A stretch of DNA of 63,429 nucleotides, filler included. It is 7 parts of 7 records of this genome, joined end to end, with 100 filler letters (N's around TTAATTAATTAA, not from the genome) between each part and the next. Parts side by side here need not be neighbours in the genome. Positions count along the whole stretch, not along the records: positions 45,325 to 60,568 come from SRR20825014_66; positions 60,669 to 63,429 come from SRR20825014_122; 5 more parts are not named here. One strand, 5' to 3'. A program made the position numbers and the translations under genes. Position 1 is the stretch's first letter; every line of letters starts with the position of its first letter. Shown one piece after another: positions 59,430-63,429 of this stretch. The notes beneath the pieces are model-generated. The model was not told the DNA's origin. It saw only the letters and a list, made by a program, of their open reading frames with translations, and did not search any database.

Positions 59430-60449
59430 TTAGCGCGTTGTTTTACCTCGAGGGCGTCTGTGGCGTGAGCGCATGAATCCAAGAAGAAGAAAGAGCAACC
59501 AAGTTGGTGTTGGCTTATTCGGTGTCCAGGTGGTCGCGCAGGTGGGTTCAGAATGGTCATCAGTGGATGTGTTGTCCCCATCGCTCGACATCATATCCCC
59601 CGTTGGTTCCACTCCATCCATGTCGCTCTGCATATCAGGGCTGGGTCGAGGCTCCATTTGGGTGTCCATATCAGAAGCGTCTTCTTCTGGTGCTCTTTCA
59701 TAGCCTCCCCAACACAAGGAATCACTGCGAGGGCTTCGATTGTGAGCGTAGTCGAGGAATTCTATGGCGAAACAGAAGCCGCTCTCAGGCGCTACAGCGG
59801 CGAGGGCTTCGTTGACTCGAAGTGGCATGGTGTCGGCATCGGCTCGCAATTCATCCCACAAGAGTGGTTGTGTAGATGTTTGGGCCATTTCGGGGGTGCT
59901 GCCCACGTACACCAATACGAGTAGTGAAGGTTCAGATGCCTTCTGCCTCGGGGCGACCTGCAGGCTCAGCGAACCGAGAAAACCAAATCGACAGTCGTCA
60001 TCCAGATCAAGCTCAGGATAGTAATCCAGTATCGCCAATTCTGGTCGAGGTGGAGCGCTCGAGTCATGTGTTTTGATGGTTTGCCATTCACAGACTGTGC
60101 AATCTTTGATTCGAACCCGATCTCCTACCTCGAGTTGTCGAACAGGCTTCCATATTTTGGCATTAAATTGGAATGGTTCGAAACCAAAAAGAAGGCTCCC
60201 ATCCTGTTCAAATGCGAGTTCTTCTAACTGCCCAGGTGAGGTTTCGATTTCCCATTCAAACCGGTCACTGACCTTATAATGTTCCATCAGAACAATCCGA
60301 AAGTTCTGAGCAACATCCGTTGAAGGAAAATACACCTGATCTGTAATTCCAACCGGAGTACCCGTGTTCGGTGTACAAGCAAAAGACTCGGTTGGAGTGA
60401 AGTAAATAAAGGAACACAGTAATACACTGCAGAACAAAATATTTTTCAT
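59430..60449 (-). CDS. Secreted protein with Asp-Met-rich linker and MYXO-CTERM-like tail
   Basis: Signal peptide ending SFA-C; SDMD..PDMQSDMD..GDMM; CATT..WLLFLLLGFMRSRHRR. Confidence 0.75.
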   Translation of the reverse strand: MKNILFCSVLLCSFIYFTPTESFACTPNTGTPVGITDQVYFPSTDVAQNFRIVLMEHYKVSDRFEWEIETSPGQLEELAFEQDGSLLFGFEPFQFNAKIWKPVRQLEVGDRVRIKDCTVCEWQTIKTHDSSAPPRPELAILDYYPELDLDDDCRFGFLGSLSLQVAPRQKASEPSLLVLVYVGSTPEMAQTSTQPLLWDELRADADTMPLRVNEALAAVAPESGFCFAIEFLDYAHNRSPRSDSLCWGGYERAPEEDASDMDTQMEPRPSPDMQSDMDGVEPTGDMMSSDGDNTSTDDHSEPTCATTWTPNKPTPTWLLFLLLGFMRSRHRRPRGKTTR

Positions 60450-60568
60450 GATATCCGCCTATAATTATAGCTCTATCAGCAAATATATAAATGAAGCTGT
60501 AGAACCTTTGTGAGCTAACCCACGAGCCCTTGGTCTGCAGTAAGCGTTCAGCCTTGAATCAAGGGGCG

Positions 60569-60668
60569 NNNNNNNNNNNNNNNNNNNNNNNNNNNNNNNN
60601 NNNNNNNNNNNNTTAATTAATTAANNNNNNNNNNNNNNNNNNNNNNNNNNNNNNNNNNNNNNNNNNNN
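60569..60668. other. Artificial contig linker
   Basis: N44-TTAATTAATTAA-N44. Confidence 0.99.
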
Positions 60669-62923
60669 GGGCGTTGGATGTGGTAGGTGAACTTCATTGC
60701 ATCGATACGTAGCTCGAGGAAGTTGTACAGCACGGCAGCGGGGGCGGCGAAGGGGAAGGTGGCCCCGAACATGGCCATATAGCCAAACTGTAGGGTGATC
60801 TCGAGGTAGTCGGAGGAGGTGCCTGTGCAGGGCTCCATCTGGGCCTCCAACCACAATGCCGTACCAGGCTCCTCGGGGTCATATGCGCCCTCCCTCAAGA
60901 CATCTGCGTAGCTCTCGCACTTAAGGAAGCTCATTATGCCCCCTACCATGCTGCCCTTGGCATCGGTACGGGTACGTAGCTGGGATTTGAAGTACGGCAT
61001 CATCAACTCCTGTAGATTCTGGACCATTGGCTTTACGATACAGATGATGATCATCTGGGACTGGAGCTGCTTGAGACGCTCGTACTGCGCACCCTCAAGA
61101 GGATACAGCGCCAAAATAAATAGAGCAAAATAATTGGAGAAGAAGTAGAACAGGAAACTCTTCTTGATGCGTTCGTGATCCTCCTCGGTGTCGGTACGGT
61201 TGTTCTCGAGGGAGTTGAGGAACTCAACAATTTTCTCGAACAGAACGCCGAAAATAACGGAGGTCATGACGGTGAGAATGGAGGAGACGTAGGAGATGAC
61301 AGAGCTGTCTGTATGCTCGAAACGCCACCATGTAATCGCGATCAGGGCCGCAATCATGGCGGCAGTGAGGATGAGGACGACGGGGTATCCGATCAGGAAT
61401 CGGACGAGTTGGCGGCGGATGTTGGGGTAGTAGAGGTCAACCATACTGCCATCAGACTGGACCTGGAGGGAAAGGGGCACGTTGAAGGTAAGGTCGTAGA
61501 TGTCCTTATATTCGACGGGGACAACATCCTTACACTCAAATTCATCTCTCAGGGGCTCCTGATCGAGCTGCTCCTCTTGACAGTTCTCCAGTGCAAACTC
61601 CGTCTCGATACGTCCCCAGTGGACGTTCCAGTAACACGCCCAGCTCACACAGCAGAAGGCAAAAGCACCGTTAAAGATGGCCCTGTGGTCGATACTTCCT
61701 CCAACTCCACAGACGAGTCCAGCAATACCGAGTGGAATCAGTACGAGGCAGAACTCCTTGATCCAGATAAAGTACAATCCCACCTCCTCTCCAAAATAGC
61801 ACATGATGTTCTCCTTGTTCATGCGGAGGGGGTTGATACTTGCCATCGCCCGGAGGCTTGCCCAGTCATGTAGTCCCTTCACCTTGAGGTAGGTATGGTT
61901 GTGTAGTGGGAAGAGATTACGAACCAGTACCTTCTTCTTTCGGAGCTCGTTAATTTGAATTCCGCATCCTCCAAAGCGCCATTGCTCACGTAGAAGTCGG
62001 ATCAGTACTCGCATCTTGTGCTGGGGGTCGAAGTAGTATCCGTTGGACTTACCAGGGGTGTAGTCCTGCTCCTCTGACAATCCATATGCCTTGTGGTACA
62101 GGTTAACGCTATCATCGAGGCGCTTGTGTACCTCCTTCGAGTAGGGGATCGCGGCACCACCACCAAAGGAGTAGTTATGGGAAAGGAGGGGGAGAGACAT
62201 AACCTCAGCGAATTTAAGAAGGACGGAGGTTGAGGCGTGGATCTTGATGTACATCTCGTCCTTGTCGGGGGAGGTCAGGAGGCGGTGCTCCTGGAGCTGG
62301 TACCCATGGAAATAGTTGGGGGTGGTGTTTTTTAGACTCACATCACACGCAACGATCATCCCCTCGGGACTAATATCAAGGCCCTTCTTTTGGAGACGTA
62401 GGACCGTCTCGATGACCTTCTGGTACTTGTTGGGTGCTGGATTCGATTTACCCTGGACAAGTAAGAAGTCATCATCACACAAAAAGGTAGGCTCGACAGG
62501 ATTGCTTCCGACTGCAGGGGGAGAGAAGGCACCAGAGGTATTGCCGCTGTTGCCTCCTCCACCACCTGAGTTAAGATCGGGGCTGTAGACGGCACTGCTG
62601 GCACTCATTGAGAGCGATCCTGCGAGGGGGGACGAAGCGGCATCCCCCTCACGTGGGGATGCGCCACCAATCACCTTCCCACGACGCATACCTGCCAAGA
62701 CCTCAGCGGATAGACCAGGGAACATACACTCATCGATAATGGGTTCCTGGTCGGAGTTGGGATCGAAGGGGTTCTCCAACACAAGGCACAACACCAACGA
62801 CTTGGCACCAACACCGCCCCAAGTGGATCCGCGATCGCCCTTCTTCTTCTCGCTGTTCTTGTTGTTATGGGTGCCCTCGTACTGGTCGTTTCCTCCAGTC
62901 ATCAGAGGCGCATTGTCAGCCAT
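60669..62923 (-). CDS. Anoctamin/TMEM16 family protein (3'-partial)
   Basis: CYFGEEVGLYFIW, LENNRT, QNLQE, DYLEITLQFGY..FP.A..YNFLELRIDAMKF. Confidence 0.92.
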
Positions 62924-62964
62924 TTTAATTACGTTTTAAAGTATTCGTTCAAAACTTAAGAGTG

Positions 62965-63009
62965 AAAGTGTGGGGAGGAACAAAGTGTGGGGAGGAACAA
63001 AGTGTGGGG
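62965..63009 (+). repeat. 17-bp tandem repeat (about 2.6 copies)
   Basis: AAAGTGTGGGGAGGAAC twice, then AAAGTGTGGGG. Confidence 0.9.
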
Positions 63010-63429
63010 TGAAACAAAAAAGGGGTTAGACAGGTTTAGACAGCAGAAAAAGTTGTTGATGATGATGGAATAAGCATCTCCTTCTTCTGATGTCCCTCAA
63101 AATTTTACCTTTTCGTGGGGAGGCTGATGTTTGCTGACCAAAGGCATACCTCCATGATGATGATGATGATGATGACGAGACATTTACCCCCTGCGAGGAT
63201 GAGAAGATATTGATAATACTATCCCCCACACTAGCGCTATCAGTAGCGTCATCATCACCTACAGGTGATTCACCGCCCCCCCCCATTGCTTGAACTTGAA
63301 GTAGTATTAGTAGTAGTATTGGTAGTTGTCGTTCTGCTCGGATGTTGTTGTTGCTACCAGAGAACACAGAGGTCGTCTCAGCAACACATACATACATCAT
63401 CAGAAATACACACAATAGTCAATAGCACA

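Noticed and set aside
11371-60668. Six recurring TTAATTAATTAA elements as a biological repeat
   Set aside because: Each sits in an identical 100-bp N-padded linker; this is a concatenation artefact.
63026-63415. 129-aa minus-strand ORF upstream of anoctamin
   Set aside because: Largely built from GAT and TAG microsatellite-like runs with no recognisable domain.

Overview
This window is not one locus. It holds seven unrelated contigs joined by six artificial 100-bp linkers (N44-TTAATTAATTAA-N44). Taxon assignments below are inferred from gene content, composition and motifs, without searches. (1) 1-11370: alphaproteobacterium (Thalassospira-like) with uracil-DNA glycosylase, a lytic transglycosylase and a full ccmABCDE-F-G-H-I operon; its CcmF appears to lack both periplasmic heme-ligand histidines. 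(2) 11471-16779, (5) 40296-45224 and (7) 60669-63429: intron-less eukaryotic DNA with kinetoplastid-style organisation, encoding a zf-UBP/PP2C fusion, an SQR-like flavoprotein missing one catalytic Cys, a GAF protein, a single-domain PDI, an SCP/FCP phosphatase and an anoctamin. (3) 16880-26667: alphaproteobacterial LPS glycosyltransferases, an AcuI-like reductase, a two-component pair and an epimerase. (4) 26768-40195: Flavobacteriaceae housekeeping region with IcmF-like mutase, a P-II/amt/porin operon carrying candidate operators, fluC, ilvE, grpE and dnaJ. (6) 45325-60568: GC-rich Myxococcota/Bradymonadia-like contig. The best candidate for an undescribed system is in contig 6: a tailoring cluster (Coq4-like protein and GT1 facing lipoprotein, CrtI-like oxidoreductase, His-box desaturase and P450) with a related CATRAC-N8-GTTATG palindrome upstream of each arm and a structured, terminator-ended candidate RNA. 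No CRISPR array, rRNA, tRNA or transposase was recognised.
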